From Octopus vulgaris (taxonomy: Eukaryota), in assembly GCA_951406725.2 (NCBI GenBank), contig OX597826.1, positions 50,034,001 through 50,098,000 of the forward strand: a DNA stretch of 64,000 bases, written 5' to 3'. Positions 26,531 to 42,546 of this stretch are shown here, piece by piece. Made by a program: the position numbers and the translations under genes. The first letter of the stretch is position 1. Each line of letters begins with the position of its first letter. A model generated the notes under the pieces. The model saw only the letters and a list, made by a program, of their open reading frames with translations. It was not told the origin of the DNA and did no database searches.

Positions 26531-26570
26531 TCAATGTATCATATATCCGAAAAAGAAGCACACTTTAAAT

Positions 26571-26861
26571 CAGTGGCTCCCAAATTTTTTCGGGTTGCCG
26601 CCCCCTTGACATTCGAGCCACATTCCTAGCGCCCCACCCCGCTCACTCACCACCACAAATGTGAACCACTTTCTGCAGCAAATTCAAAACACCAACATCT
26701 CACAAATAAAACTTAACCTAATTAGTCTATTATTCTGAGGAGGGGGGTTACATCCATCGCCCCCTTTTGGCCACCCTTTTATTGCTCCACTTTTCTTCAA
26801 CGCCCATCTTGATCTTACCGCCGCCCACAAAGGGGCATACTGCCCACTTTGGGAACCGCTG
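26571..26861. mobile_element. Non-autonomous hAT (Charlie-like) MITE
   Basis: TIRs cagtggctcccaaa and tttgggaaccgctg; 8-bp TSD ctttaaat/ctttaaag. Confidence 0.85.
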
Positions 26862-27039
26862 CTTTAAAGCATAGAACAGTGAAGTCTTTATTTGTAGTTA
26901 AGTTTATGTCAATGAAACCTCCATGGGGCTAAGTCCTTTGTGGATGCGAAATCATTAGTCACTCTATGACTAGACATAGACTTAACCTCATATAAATATA
27001 TGTGAAATTATAGTTCTTAAATCTGACGGAAGGAAGCCA

Positions 27040-27198
27040 CGGATATGTTAGTGTAATGGTAGCACACTCCACGCGAATACATAAAGATGTGGGTACGAGT
27101 CCCATGCGTACAGCAAACCCTACTTTTTTCCGTCGAGGCCTCAATATTAGACTATTTACTTCAGTCGATACACGATGATCGCTTTTAAGCTTATAAAA

Positions 27199-27250
<52 letters not shown>
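27040..27250 (+). mobile_element. Degenerate tRNA-headed SINE with (ATT)n tail
   Basis: A-box-like tagtgtaatggtagc and B-box-like ggtacgagtccc, no convincing cloverleaf; ends in (ATT)n. Confidence 0.5.
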
Positions 27251-27254
<4 letters not shown>

Positions 27255-27690
27255 CAGGTGTGGCTGTGAGGTAGGAAGTTTGCTTTCCAGCCACACGGTT
27301 CCGGGTTCAGTCCCACTGCTTGGGACATTGGGCAAGTATCTTCAACTATAGCCTCGGGCCGACCTAAGCCTTGTGAGTAGATTTGGTAGACGGAAACTAA
27401 AAAAAGCCCGTCGTGTAAATATATGTAATATATATATATATATGTGTGTGTGTTATGTGTTTGTGTCTTTGTGTCTGTGTTTGTCCACCCACCTCCTAAT
27501 CACCGCTTGACAACCGGTGTTGGTGTGTTTATGTCGCCGTAACTTAGTGATTCGGCCAAAGAGACACTAATAGAATAAGTAGTAGGCGTCAAAAAACATA
27601 TGTCCTGGGATCGATTTGTTCGACTAAATCCCTTCAAGACGGTGCTCCAGTATGGCCATGCTCAAAAGACTGAAACAAGTGAAAGAAAAA
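27255..27690 (+). mobile_element. SINE family B (CORE-SINE-like, internal microsatellite)
   Basis: Same head (tggctgtg.ggta, ggttcagtccc, ttgggcaagt) and tail as 62450-62858. Confidence 0.88.
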
Positions 27691-28463
27691 AAGATTATAT
27701 ATATGTATATAATATAATATATATATATTTATATACGTATGTATATATATATACATATACATATATATATATATACACGCACAACACATATGTGTGTATG
27801 TGTGCGTGTGAATCTCTGTATGTTTGTAGAAGCAATTAAAATATTTCTATCCAAAACTCAACTTTCAAGACTTTCCAGTTCAGTCTGAAAGGAATTTGAT
27901 AAAATCTCTTATAATTCCAATTTGAAATATATCTTGTGAAAACTGTAAATTTTATTGCCCATTTTGAAGAATTCGATGTGGCTTTTATCGCGTTTTAGTC
28001 AATTCCAACGATGGCTGATATACATTGCGATGCCTATTTCCTGCCTCAAACTTTTAGTCCGTTTTTCAAAAAAATTAAAATAAAATAAAATGCGTGAATT
28101 TTTTGTGTTAAGAACTGTTCAATTACTTTTCTTTTGCGGTCTTACATTTGGAGAATTTCGTAGTAAGCACTTCTAACAGTGACTTTCTTCCCCACCTCCT
28201 CCAACTTTTTTTTTTTCGAAAATAACTTCGGATTTTGGTCTTAAATATCCTGGGTTCCCAGTAATTTGCGTCGTTTTTTCACTATACTAAGTTCTTCTAT
28301 TATTATAATTGTTCATGTTTTCGTGTTTGCGTTATTGTTGAATATGGCAGCGTGTGCTTGCATTGGGTAGAAGTAGTAGAAGTAGTAGTAGGAGGAGGAG
28401 TATATTGACTTGACGATATAACTATAGTAACTGTGCAACCTCACTGACCCCATAATTATATTG

Positions 28464-28678
28464 GTTTCAAATTTTGGCACAAAGCTAGCAAGTTCAGGGA
28501 AAGGGACGAATCGATTACATCGACCCCAGTAATCAACTGGTACTTATTTTATCGACCCCGAAAGGATGGAAGGCAAAGTCAACCTCGGCGGAATTTGAAC
28601 CCAGAGCGTTAAGACGAACAAATCGCCGCTAAGCATTTTGCCCGACGTTCTAACGATTCTGCCAGTTCGCTGCCTTAA
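28464..28678 (-). mobile_element. SINE family A, tail type 1, inserted in a degenerate minisatellite
   Basis: Full body; taattatattg repeated at 28453-28463 and 28686-28696 (probable TSD); flanks are tgactatataact-like repeats. Confidence 0.9.
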
Positions 28679-29674
28679 GAACTTGTAATTATATTGACAA
28701 TATATTTGTATTGACACTATAACTATATTGACTGTATAACCAAATGAACAATATATGTTACTTATGATGACTATATATCTTATATGACAATATACGTACT
28801 ATATAACTTATATTAACTATATAAGTACACTGACTATATAACTTATATTAAGCTATGTAACTACAGTGGCTATGTAAGCTTGTTGACTTTGGGACTGCAA
28901 GAGTGAGCCATTAATCACCCGCATTGTACTTACAAATTGTTTGCAATGGGGTAAAAATCAGTTGTGCGCATATTTCATTTTATATTATGATATAAAATAA
29001 AATAAGATAAAATAAAATAAAGTAAATAAAAATGCTTTATGCTATATGAATTCTTTTACAATGTTGTTTTTACAAAAGTAAATATCATTTGAAAAACAAA
29101 ACATTTTTTTTCCTGTCAACAGCCGTATCGTTGGAGAAAATAATATTAATTTGTGAATTGTTTTTTCCTAATATTTTTCGTGTAAGCTCATTTTTTCTAT
29201 AAAAGTACTATAGAATAGGTCCTAGAATATGGTCTGGAGTAATGTCTGGAATTAGGTCAATCTTGAAAAATTCCAAAATAATTCGACATTTGTAAAATTT
29301 CATTTCTTCATTTTTTGTAGCACTATATGCATAGAACGAAGGAGTCTTTATGAACATGTTCGACCTGTTAGAAATAGTAACCAAATTCCTCTTAAATCAC
29401 AGTATCCAATTGTCTTCAGAAGAAAGACGTTGTGGATACATATTACAGTTTCAGTGGTGCAGCTAAAGAGAAAAAAAACCGTATCACCCCAACTAAAAAT
29501 ACCTCAACGACTTGTTCAATGGTCTTGGTTTTAGAATAACCAATACCGAGCTTTTGACATCTAGAGTGAAGTAGGGGAACTGATTAGATGAAAGGTTGCA
29601 AGTCATAGGAAGCATGACTTGGATTTTTCGAGGTTATATACCCAAGAAGACTGTCTATACATAAACATACACAA

Positions 29675-29710
<36 letters not shown>

Positions 29711-29779
29711 TATTGTACAACATTGAAAATTGAAAATAAGACATTATAATTTTGAATTTTAAAATTTACTTTTTTAATA

Positions 29780-30020
29780 TAAAATTCCGCGTGGCTACAA
29801 GTAAGTAAAAATTGTTTTTACATTGTTCTCAGGGGAAATGATGTCAACTGAATTTCTATTGATCCTACCAAACATTGCAACGGATACTGCTATTGACTAT
29901 TTCTGCACTGAGGTGTGGAGAATCTGGCCACAGACTCCAAAATCCATCAATCAAATGCATACGTCATTGATGTCTTCGCTCATGAATGCAGAACGGCCTA
30001 TCCGCCCAGGCAGCTAATAT
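29780..30020 (-). mobile_element. Possible decayed Tc1/mariner-superfamily transposase C-terminal fragment
   Basis: Reverse complement gives an L.MDFGV motif resembling SPDLNP.D..W; very degenerate. Confidence 0.3.
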
Positions 30021-30366
30021 AAAAGTGATCCCTGTAGTTATATTATAATTTACATTAGTGGAAATGTTTTAAAGAGTTTAAAAAGTCCATGAAAGCTTTC
30101 GGTAATTCTAGAAAGCTTGTACAAAATTTGGGAAACTTCGATAAAATCGTCTATCAGCTACTAAGAACTGAATCTATCTGGAATGTTCTGGAAAATAGGT
30201 AAATTTCAAAATATTACCGAGTTAATGTAGGAAGTAAAAACCAATTCTTAAATATTTCAGACGTGTGCAATAAGACAATAACACTTGTTCAAGACCCAAA
30301 AGTAAACATCCTGCTGCATGGTATAAGCTACACATGTATGTAATGTGTATGCATATGTATGTGTGC

Positions 30367-30419
<53 letters not shown>

Positions 30420-30422
<3 letters not shown>

Positions 30423-30699
30423 GGAGGTAACAGCTGCTGACCGCTCTGCCTGGCGTCGGACAGTGAGGAAAGGCGTTTCCATGGCTGAGGAAAGGAGAGC
30501 GCAGCTGTGGTCGGACAGGCGGGACAGGAGGAGTACAACTGCAGCAACACCCCCACACGTACCCATCGATGTTCGTGTGCAGCAACTGTACCAGGGACTG
30601 CCACTCTAGAATTGGACTGTTCAGTCACAGCAGACGCTGCTCATCATCAAAGTAGGCCCCACCCTTGGCGCGACCCATTGTCTATCAAGACAGACGGGA

Positions 30700-30704
<5 letters not shown>
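30420..30704 (+). mobile_element. RTE-BovB LINE 3' end
   Basis: EVTAADRSAWRRTVRKGVSMAEERR, then after a frameshift FVCSNCTRDCHSRIGLFSHSRRC* (the terminal zinc finger of RTE-BovB). Short UTR with a tgtct-atca-agaca hairpin; inserted in (TA)n. Confidence 0.88.
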
Positions 30705-30740
<36 letters not shown>

Positions 30741-30744
<4 letters not shown>

Positions 30745-31049
30745 CGTGATCACTGTGACCGACCAGGCTATCAGATGTTGCTACACATCGCTGGTCACAA
30801 TGCGATTCGCATTGTTTTAGCCTTCAAATGACGCCACCCCGCGGGCTAAGCGAGCAGGCCAACAAAAGAAAGAGTGAGAGAAAGTTATGGCGAAAGAGTA
30901 CAGCAGGGATCGCCACCACCCCTTGCCAGAGTCTCGTGGAGCTTTTAGGTGGTTTCGCTCAATATACACTCACAATGCCCGGTCTGGGAATCGAAACCTC
31001 GATCCTACAACCACGAATCCACTGCCCTAACCACTGGGCCATTGCGCCT

Positions 31050-31051
<2 letters not shown>
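30741..31051 (-). mobile_element. tRNA-derived SINE family C
   Basis: Reverse complement begins ggaggcgcaatggcccagtggttagg (A box) ... ggtttcgattccc (B box) and ends in a short cacggtga-type repeat. Confidence 0.8.
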
Positions 31052-31094
<43 letters not shown>

Positions 31095-31096
31095 GT

Positions 31097-31657
<561 letters not shown>

Positions 31658-31961
31658 TATATCTTTCAGTATATCTTAATGTTTTACTAACATACAGTTG
31701 TAGATTTTAAGTGGGACTTTATCTACATGTGAAATACACATACAAAATACATGTAGTAATACAAATATAAATATTAATATATAAATACTGAGCTTATACC
31801 TTGGGCTCATGGGGTTTCATGTACCGCCGTAAAAAGCATTAGGGCTTGATATTTATATTAATATTTGCCTTTCAACCTGTAGTTTACGAATATATTTTTG
31901 CACGTTATATTTGAGTGTGTTTGTGTGTACTTGTGGCGCTTGGAAAGCAAATAGCAACAGC

Positions 31962-32036
31962 GCTTCCTATCTGTATACAGGGCTTCCTATCTGTATACAG
32001 GGCTTCCTATCTGTATACAGGGCTTCCTATCTGTAC
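31962..32036. repeat. 20-bp tandem repeat (gcttcctatctgtatacagg), about 3.7 units
   Basis: Directly visible. Confidence 0.95.
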
Positions 32037-32260
32037 TTGTCATTGTTGATGATGGTATTAGTATTCAAAAGAATAGAACGGTAACTGTGTTTTTTTTTTC
32101 TTTTACTAAAGTGTATTCTCGTTAAACGTAAAGAATCAAGAACAATAAATAAATAAATAAAATACAATACTATAAAATAAAACAAAACAAAGATAAATAT
32201 TCAATCGATCTGAGAAAATTCTCATTTTTGAAAGTATAACGCTGCAATTTGTAAATAAAC

Positions 32261-32640
<380 letters not shown>

Positions 32641-32959
32641 ACATATATATATATATATATATATATTCATAAGATATTTCTTGATTGGTTTTACTGTTGA
32701 GGCCTCAATCCTATCAAGTTTCAAATCCTAATCATCAGGATATTGTGAAACTAGAAGAATCAGCCAGAACGTAGGAGATAATGCGACCATTTAAAATTCT
32801 AGCTTACCGTAGGGTACACGCAGAGGCTAGGATTTCCAGTAACCGCTTCATTCAGGAGTAGGCGCATATTGGATTATGAGCGAGTAGTTTAGTTGCATAC
32901 CGTGTTGGACACTCGCTTATACACCCTCCCTAATGTAGTGGATGGAGGTGGTGGCGGTA

Positions 32960-33444
32960 TATTTTGTCCAGTTGACCTGATCGCTTTTCTTGCGCCATAC
33001 GGAGCGACCTTATCAAGGATTAAGAGCTCATCCTCCATTTGTCTAGCTTTAGCTAATTCGAGCATTAACACAAACCCTTACGCTCAAATCCTACCTTCCT
33101 ACAATGCCAGTACTCGGGAATCCGTTTTCCCTCTACATTTTCTCAATTTACGTTGGAGCAACTGCAGGAGAACATCAATAGAGAAAACAGAAAAGGGGAA
33201 TCTGAAACGCTTGAGGGTGTTATAGTACAAGTTTTAGGAAGAGCACGGGCGTGCGAGGTCGAACATGGCTGCCATTTAAGCGATGTCCTTTTTCATATGT
33301 AATTTAGTGGTTTTACAAAATTTGACTTTTGCATATTAATTTCCAATATGTCCTTTAAATTTTATCAAAATTTCATGCATCTATTTGTAAAGTTAAGGAA
33401 GTTATTAAAAATTGAAACCCGTCAGTGACTTTTGGGACACCCTG
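32960..33444 (-). mobile_element. Tc1/mariner-superfamily remnant (one TIR plus DDE-like fragment)
   Basis: Terminus ttttgggacaccctg-ta (reverse complement TA-CAGGGTGTCCCAAAA). The minus peptide LLILDKVAPY.A resembles the LL.LDNA..H.A motif. Confidence 0.5.
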
Positions 33445-33505
33445 TATATGTATACATACATACACACGCATATAACAGTTAGCGAATTCGTGGACTGTTT
33501 CCCTA

Positions 33506-33730
33506 ATTGGTTTCAAATTTTGGCACAAGGCCAGCAAGTTCAGGGAAGAGTGTTAAGTCAATTACAACGATCCCAGTGATCAACTGCTACTTATTTTTTC
33601 GACCCCGAAAAGGTAAAACGGCAAAGTCGACCTCAGCGGAATTTGAACTCAGAACGTAATGACGGACGAAATACCGCCAAGCATTTTCCCTGACGTGCTA
33701 ACAATTCTGCCAGTTCGACGTCTTTGCCGC
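33506..33730 (-). mobile_element. SINE family A, tail type 1
   Basis: Full body similar to 28464-28678. Confidence 0.88.
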
Positions 33731-33902
33731 TCCCAACCACCCAATAACTATTAATTCTAATTCAAGTCTTCAATGATTTTCCATCCGTTTTTATATATAC
33801 ATACATACGTATGTATGTATGTATGTATGTATGTATGTATGTATGTATGTATGTATGTATGCATGCATGTATGTTTGCATGTATGTATGTATGTAGATAG
33901 AC

Positions 33903-33935
<33 letters not shown>

Positions 33936-33936
33936 T

Positions 33937-33967
<31 letters not shown>

Positions 33968-34080
33968 CCATAAGCTTTAAGAATATCAAATTATATATCT
34001 GTATGTATATATCTGTGCATGTATACATGTATATGCATATACATATATGCATAATATATGTATATATCTATTTGTGTATG

Positions 34081-34111
<31 letters not shown>

Positions 34112-34114
34112 ATA

Positions 34115-34371
34115 CGAGGTCTGGTCAATAAGCATTCGTACTTTTGCTATAGTAACGAAGCTTTCTCCGTCAAGGACAATGCGACGATCACACGCTACAC
34201 ATGTTCCTTCCAAGCATTGCTGTAAACAGTGGAAGTGCGCTAGAATGTTAAAACAATTGTACGCCTGCAAAGCAGAGTTGAAGGTCAATTTGTGCCAAGC
34301 GGCGGCTTCACTCTGCATGCTTTAGCTTCGTTAATATGACAACAGTCCGAATACTTATTGATCAGACCACG
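34115..34371. mobile_element. Mariner-type MITE
   Basis: TIRs (ta)cgaggtctggtcaataagcattcgtact and agtccgaatacttattgatcagaccacg. Confidence 0.8.
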
Positions 34372-35069
34372 TGTGTGGGGGTGTGATGGAATCTCCTGTA
34401 GAAGACAACGTACGAGTGTTCAGTTTTTGCTGAACTATGTATGAAAATGATTCGTTTCTAGTGATCACGTATATATGCTCTACATTCGCTCAGTCCCTCC
34501 TTCAAAGCGAAGTTGCTTGTACATGTGCACAAGTGTGTCACACGTCAGATATCGAAATGATCGCACAGCAAAGTGAAATGAAGTAGACATATGTACGCGC
34601 GTATGTGTGTGTGTTTGTGAATCTGTGTGTGTATATATGCATGTTTTTTTCTTTGTGTTTTATTTAAGTTCTTAAGAGAGGTCAAGCCGGTCGCTAACAA
34701 AGCGACAAGACTTCTGTATCAAAAGAGTTCCCAGGGCTGGTAAATATGAGGGTGAGTCGCTGTGTTGATTGAGCTGCCGATACATACACCCAAATGTGTT
34801 TATCTATTCATCTAAAGAATCTCAAATGGGGCATCTTCGAAATGTCTACAAAATATTCACTGTGCCGCTAATAGATTTGGAGAAAACCTACTGCTTCTAG
34901 TTCTTTTTTTTTTTTTATAAATTTGTACGTACATAGCCTAATGCACCTATGATGAAGGTAGAAATGAGAACTTATTGTCAAGGTAAAAGAGCTGTAAATT
35001 CGGCATTAATTCACCATAAATACTCTCTTTTTCCTGGAATTTTGATGATACATTCACATCTGCTGGGTA

Positions 35070-35238
35070 GGCGTTCGAGTGGCTGTGTGGTAGGTACCTT
35101 GCTTACGAATTACATGGTTCCGGGTTCAGTCCCACTGCGTGGTACCTTGGGCAAGTGTCTTCTACTATAGCCTCGGGCCAATCAAAGTCGTGTGAGTGGA
35201 TTTGGTAGACGGAAACTGAAAGAAGCCCGTCGTATGTC

Positions 35239-35336
<98 letters not shown>

Positions 35337-35537
35337 TGTGTCTGAGTTTGTTCCCCCAACATCGCTTAACAACCGATGCTGATGTGTTTACGTCCCCGTA
35401 ACTTAGTGGTTCGGCAAAAGTGACCGATAGAATAAGTACTAGGCTTACAGAGAATAAGTCCTGGGGTCGATGTGCTCGACTAAAGGCGGTGCTCCAGCAT
35501 GGCCGCAGTCAAATGACTGAAACAAGTAAAAGAGTAA
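35070..35537 (+). mobile_element. SINE family B, full length
   Basis: Head, CORE-like accttgggcaagt, internal (TG)n, tail ggcggtgctccagcatggccgcagtcaaatgactgaaac. Confidence 0.92.
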
Positions 35538-35547
35538 AAAAAAAAGA

Positions 35548-36452
35548 AAAGAGCTGACCTCTATAACAGTGCATGGGTTCGTTCCCTGTCCCTAAGAACA
35601 ATATCAGGTCTGATACATTTGCACTGAACTGATGTTTTTATTGGCGTGTTCTACCAGTAGTCCTTGTTTTTAAAGGTGTGAATACATCTGGTTCTGATAT
35701 GCTTCTGATATATATATCAGGGCAATCCTTTCGGCGGATAGTGTTGTAAATATTCTTTGCAACTACATCATGCCTCAAATGCAAGTAGAATTTTAGAGCA
35801 GAGACCAATGATGCGGCTGATATCTTCCACGCTGGTATAGCAGAGCCGACTTCTTCTATCGCAGCGTGAGGGTTCGGGAGTATCTTTGTCCTACTTGTTG
35901 GTCAGTTATTTAGTAGCAACCTCCTGTTCCTGGATAGCTAAGGCATACCCATCTAGGTGGGACGTAATGTATCTATCAGAGGTACAGGAGAGGCTATACT
36001 TCTTGTCAATGCTGTTGTTATCCTCTTGCTTGCGAGATAGGTGCCCATGCATTATATTTTACAGGTATGATGCCTGCTTCTCCTCTAAGTTTCTGTTTAG
36101 GTAGGTCAGTCCCGACTCTTTTGGGTTGCATGAGATAATTGTATTCTTAGAGTACCTGCTCAGTAGTTCTCGAACTCTGAAGACATTGTTGCTCTCATTT
36201 TTTAGTATGCGTTTACTCATTTCTTTCTTCACTATTCAGCAGGTGTTGTCTGAGTGATACAATGCGACATTCAAAGGCTGTTTGGACTGACCCTATGCCT
36301 CTACCGCCATCAATTCGTCTCACATAAATCCTATTATTGTCGCTGTTAATGTGCAAGTTGCCGATGGTAGTCAGTACCTTTCTATTTTTAATGTCCAGGT
36401 TGAAGGTCACATAAAGTGTCCAGTCCAATATCCCAAATGTTGGTACTTGCAC
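35548..36452 (-). pseudogene. Decayed R4/Dong-type LINE fragment (post-RT region, CCHC knuckle, restriction-like endonuclease)
   Basis: FGILDWT, LHINSDNNRIYVRRIDGGRGI, AIQEQEVA, degenerate knuckle RLCYTSVEDIS.II..C, YLHLRHDVVAK and CIRPDIVL, with stops and frameshifts. Confidence 0.88.
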
Positions 36453-36488
36453 GTACGTATATATGAATGTATGTATGTTATCAATATC

Positions 36489-36720
36489 TGTTTCTTTATT
36501 ACCACAAGGAGCTAAACATAGAGGGGAGAAACAAGGACAGACAGAGGTATTAAGTCGATTGCATTGACCCCAGTGCGTAACTGGTACTTAATTTATCGAC
36601 CCCGAAAGGATGAAAGGCAAAGTCGACCTCGGCGGAATTTGAACTCACAACGTAACGGCAGACGAAATACCGCTAAGCTTTTCGTCCGGTGTGCTAACGT
36701 TTCTGCCAGCTTGCCGCCTT
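36489..36720 (-). mobile_element. SINE family A, tail type 2, 16-bp TSD
   Basis: gtatgttatcaatatc at 36473-36488 and 36721-36736. Confidence 0.92.
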
Positions 36721-37126
36721 GTATGTTATCAATATCATAAAATCAATGCCTGTGTTTTGTTAAACTCTTGTAGCTGCAGTATTACGTCTGGGAAAGATTT
36801 TTTTAAAGACGTATAGAGTTCAAAAACACAGCATACTTCAAAATTAGGCGAAACGAAACCTCCCCGTGAGTGAAAGAGAACGACAGAAATCTGTTCGACT
36901 AAAAGGCGGTGCTCTAGCATGGCTGCAGTCAAATGACTGAAACAAATAAAAAGAGTATATATATGTATATATATACATACACACATATCCCTGACGTAGG
37001 TCCCGCAGATATATATCCCAACCGTGGATGACACCAGGTAACCTAAACTGTGGACGTGCTTTACTCAACACATTAATTGACATATACCCATATACCCATT
37101 AATCAAAAAAAAAATTATATGCGCGC

Positions 37127-37161
<35 letters not shown>

Positions 37162-37425
37162 TATGTATGCGTGTACGTTTGTGTGTCTGTGTTTGTTCCC
37201 CACCATCGCTTGATAACTGATGTTGGTGTATTTACGTCCCCGTAACTTAGCGGTTCGACAAAATTGACCGATAGAATAAGTTCTAAGCTTACAAAGAATA
37301 AGTCCTGGGGGTCAATTTGCTCGACTAAAGGCGGTGCTGCAGCATGGCCGTAGTCAAATGACTGAAGCAAATAAAAGAGCAAAAGAGTGAAAGGATATAC
37401 ATATAGTCAAACACACACACGCACG

Positions 37426-37489
<64 letters not shown>

Positions 37490-38487
37490 CGCACATAGAC
37501 ACATACAAACTCACAAACACAGGCGCATTCACACACGAATATACTTTTGATTTTACAAAAAATCCCCAAAAGAAATAGCACGTAATGCATAAAGCAGATA
37601 TTTTTATTATCCCCTTTTTTTATCCAGTGTCCATTGAAATACTACAGTGACTCGGTGACATTGAGTTTCGTGCCACTGCGTTTCACTTAAAACAGTTTTT
37701 TTTCTTTTACTTGTTTCAGTCATTTGAAAATGCGAAAGATGTGCTCAATGATGTTAGAGAGAGTAAAATAACGCTCCTCGTTCAAAATGTGTCAGCATTC
37801 ACCACTACACCAGAGATTCAGTCGCCCGTACACCGGGATCGTGAAACTCTGAGAAGCATATAAAAAGTGTTATGTGTGGAATGTATGTTTGCGTGCGTCT
37901 GTGTGTGCACGTGTGTACGTGTATTTTATATATATATATATATTTTATCTAGTTTCAGCTCACGAGCTGTGGTCATGCTGGGGCACCGCCATTGCGTGTA
38001 AATATACACACGAACATGCTCACATATATATATATATATCACAGCGGTAGAAAATATTTACAAAAAACTTTGGATTTGACTACAATATGTAAGTATGCTT
38101 TGATTCGTGTGAAACGCTTGTTAGATAACGCCTCCCTACACGAACACGCGCACATCTATGTATGAGTGTATGCATACATGTATACATGCATGAATATGTT
38201 TGTGTGTGCGCATGTGCATGTGTGAGAGTGGGTGTGGGTGTTAAGGTAGGAGGGTAGGTATCGTCTAACATCAACAATTTAATTGTTATTACGCTTAATC
38301 AAACACAAGTCATAAACAAACAAATTCTCCAAATGAGTATTCCCCCACAAGCTAGAACAAGACGACTTATAACGCTGCTTCTACGTTTGGCATCGTAAAT
38401 ATCTCCAACAGACCATTTCCTAATTTGGTAACAAAGAAACCTATACATATACGTATATATATGCACACATATATATATATATATATT

Positions 38488-38530
<43 letters not shown>

Positions 38531-38746
38531 ACATATATATATACCTACATATATATATACCTGCATATATATATATACATATATATAATGCATATATATA
38601 CATATATATATTATAAATTACACATATGTATATACATATACATATATAATACATACACTTACATATATATAAACACATATATATATATTTAAATTTATAT
38701 TTATATATGTTTATATGTGTACATGCATACATGTGTATATATATAT

Positions 38747-38784
<38 letters not shown>

Positions 38785-38908
38785 CTACATCATATATGAA
38801 TGTATTATATATATTTGTATATATACGTATGTGCATATATATATATATATATATAATATGTGTATATATATATATATATATAATATGTGCATATATATAT
38901 ATATATAA

Positions 38909-39024
<116 letters not shown>

Positions 39025-39387
39025 ATGGAAATCCACTGTCTACATGTACATATATAAGCATGTGTGTGTGAGTGCGTGTGTGCGTGTGTGTGTGTTTGTA
39101 TGTAAGCGTGTATACGTATATCTACATATATACATTTTATGCTTGTGCGGGTGTTTGATTGTATAAGAAATAAAGGAAATCGATTTACATTGTATTTTCT
39201 GTAAGACAAAAACAAACAGAAATGTAGGTGACCAAATCAACACATCAATGTGTGTATTTACGTGTGTGTATGTGTGTGTGTGTGTGAGAGTGTGCGAACG
39301 TGTGTGTGTGTGTGTGCGTGTGTATGTGCGTGTAAGTGTGATTGTATATTTGTGATTGTGTGTTTGTAGAAAGATAGATAGATCGAG

Positions 39388-39421
<34 letters not shown>

Positions 39422-39422
39422 G

Positions 39423-39499
<77 letters not shown>

Positions 39500-40192
39500 T
39501 GATAGATAGATAGACATATAGAGAGATAAAAAGGTAGGTGCATACGTATGCACCATTGTATAAAGGGAGGTAGATATAAATATATATAAGCACACACAAA
39601 CCATTATATATAAGCGTGTACTTGTGTATGTGCGTGTAATTTGTATGCGCATATAGATATATATTTATATGTATATGCATATAAATATAGTGATATATGT
39701 CACATACACTACTTACACATATGTACAAACACACGCGCACGAGAGCGCAGACGCAAGAATAATAGTACTTTTGGTAAAAGTTCCAAAAGTTCAGGGTATG
39801 CACGTGAATGTCACCATATTGAGTTTGCATATAAAATATATGTATCGATGGATGGATGGATGGATGGATGGCAGGATGGATAGGAATGGGAGGGAGGGAG
39901 CGATGGCTGAATAGGTGGATATATGTATTATGCATGCACGTATCTATCTATCTGATTGTCTATCTGTCTGTCTCACTGTCTCTCTGTCTCTTTCTCTCTC
40001 TCTCTTTGTATATATATATATATATATATTGCATATATGAATGAATCTATGTATGCGTGCATATGGCTAAGTACATATATTTATATAGATATGTACATAC
40101 AACCATACACACATATATACAGATCGACAGACAGACAGACAGGCAGACAAATAGACAGACAGACAGACAGACAAATAGACAGACAGACAGAC

Positions 40193-40256
<64 letters not shown>

Positions 40257-40475
40257 GGATAGATAGATATGTAGGTAGGTAGGTAGGTAGGTATGTACCT
40301 TTGCACTTATCCTTGCACAAAATCATTTTTATACAGTCACAATCGTATTCTCTTGTACATACACATACATACAGACTGACAGATACATAGAGAGATATAC
40401 ACATTCATATATACCTGTCGAATTTCATACACTTGATATGTATATATGTGTGGCGGCGTGTGCACCACATCTCTT

Positions 40476-40508
<33 letters not shown>

Positions 40509-41365
40509 GACACCCATAACGTATGTAATAAATATATACTTGTATGTATGTATGTATGTATATATGTATATATATAAATATATACTTGTATGTATGTATG
40601 TATATATGTATATATATAAATATGTATGTATATATATGTATATATATATATAAATATATACTTGTATGTATGTATGTATGTATGTATGTATGTATATATG
40701 TATATATATAAATATATACTTGTATGTATGTATGTATGTATACAATCTTTGATCACAGTTTGATATCTTATTGTCTCTAAGAATTCATTTCATTGTACTC
40801 TGTGCAATTTTTCATTAAAATTACACTCTTCCTTCACTGTGTCGCTCTCACACACTCCCTTTTTCTCCCTCTCTCTCTCTTTCTCTCTCTCTTTTACCTC
40901 CCCTCTCTATCTGTCTATGAATATATCTCTCTATGCATCATTCTTCCTATCTGTTTCTGTTTTAGTTTTTCACATTTTTTTCTCCCACCTCAATTTATTT
41001 AAAATTTAACCACCACCGCTACCATCACCGCCACCACCATCATCTAGATCTTCCTACCGCTTTTCTTTTTCTTACTGTTCTCTTTTCTGGGCTCCACTTG
41101 CTCTCTCTCTCTCCCTCTCGTCTCACTCTCTCTCTTTCCCTCTCTCTTCATCTCTCTCTCTATCTATATATCTTTATCTATATATCTATCTCTCTTGCGT
41201 CTCTTTCTCTCTCTCTCTCATCAACTTCTTTTTCTATGATTCTCTTCTTTAAATCTCTCTTCTCGTCACACTCTACATGTATCTCTATTTCCTTCAATTC
41301 TCTCCTTCTGTCTCTCTTTCCACCTCTCTCTTATCTACCTATCTGTCAATACATAAAGTTATATG

Positions 41366-41500
<135 letters not shown>

Positions 41501-41556
41501 TATATATAAATATATATATATTCATATAGATATATAGATATATAAAAATATATATA

Positions 41557-41598
<42 letters not shown>

Positions 41599-41736
41599 TG
41601 TATGTATATATGTATATATACAAATATTTACATATACATGCATATATTCATAAGCATATACATAAGCGTAAACATACAACTGTACGTATGTATATATATA
41701 TACATATATATATATATATGCATATATATATAGATA

Positions 41737-41767
<31 letters not shown>

Positions 41768-42051
41768 ATGTATGTATGTATGTATGCATGCATGTATGTA
41801 TGTATGTATGTATGTATGTATGTATGTATGTATGTATGTATGTATGCATGTATGCATTATATGTATGTACATATCTGCCCTGCTCTGCTCTACTAACCAA
41901 CATGTAATTACAGGTGTCCTTACAGTTGTTGTTGTTGTTGTTGTTGTTGTTGTGACTTTCCGTGAGTGAATGCATCATGTTTCCTACTTTGTACTGTCTT
42001 ATCTAAAACTATGTTGTTGACAATATTGGCTTGTTTTGTTTCTGTAAGCCA

Positions 42052-42089
<38 letters not shown>

Positions 42090-42171
42090 ATCCCAAGAGA
42101 TACTCGTTTCAGGAATGACAGAAGGAGGGAGTGTGTAGGTGGGAACAGACTGATGTTGTTCTTGCCGATGC

Positions 42172-42546
<375 letters not shown>

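Noticed and set aside
30975-31051. tRNA-like sequence (also 4371, 27040, 62450)
   Set aside because: A/B boxes are present, but there is no full cloverleaf and each continues into a SINE body.
31962-32036. Short direct repeats as a possible CRISPR array (also 59379-59446)
   Set aside because: They are head-to-tail repeats without unique spacers, in a eukaryotic context with no cas genes.
32705-32746. Minus-strand CTGATGA..GAAAC (similar case at 10815-10845)
   Set aside because: Core words are present, but stems II, III and I do not pair convincingly; at best heavily decayed.
36740-37100. Possible upstream continuation of the R4/Dong RT (FNKTQAL)
   Set aside because: Only a few residues resemble the expected motif and the rest does not align by eye.
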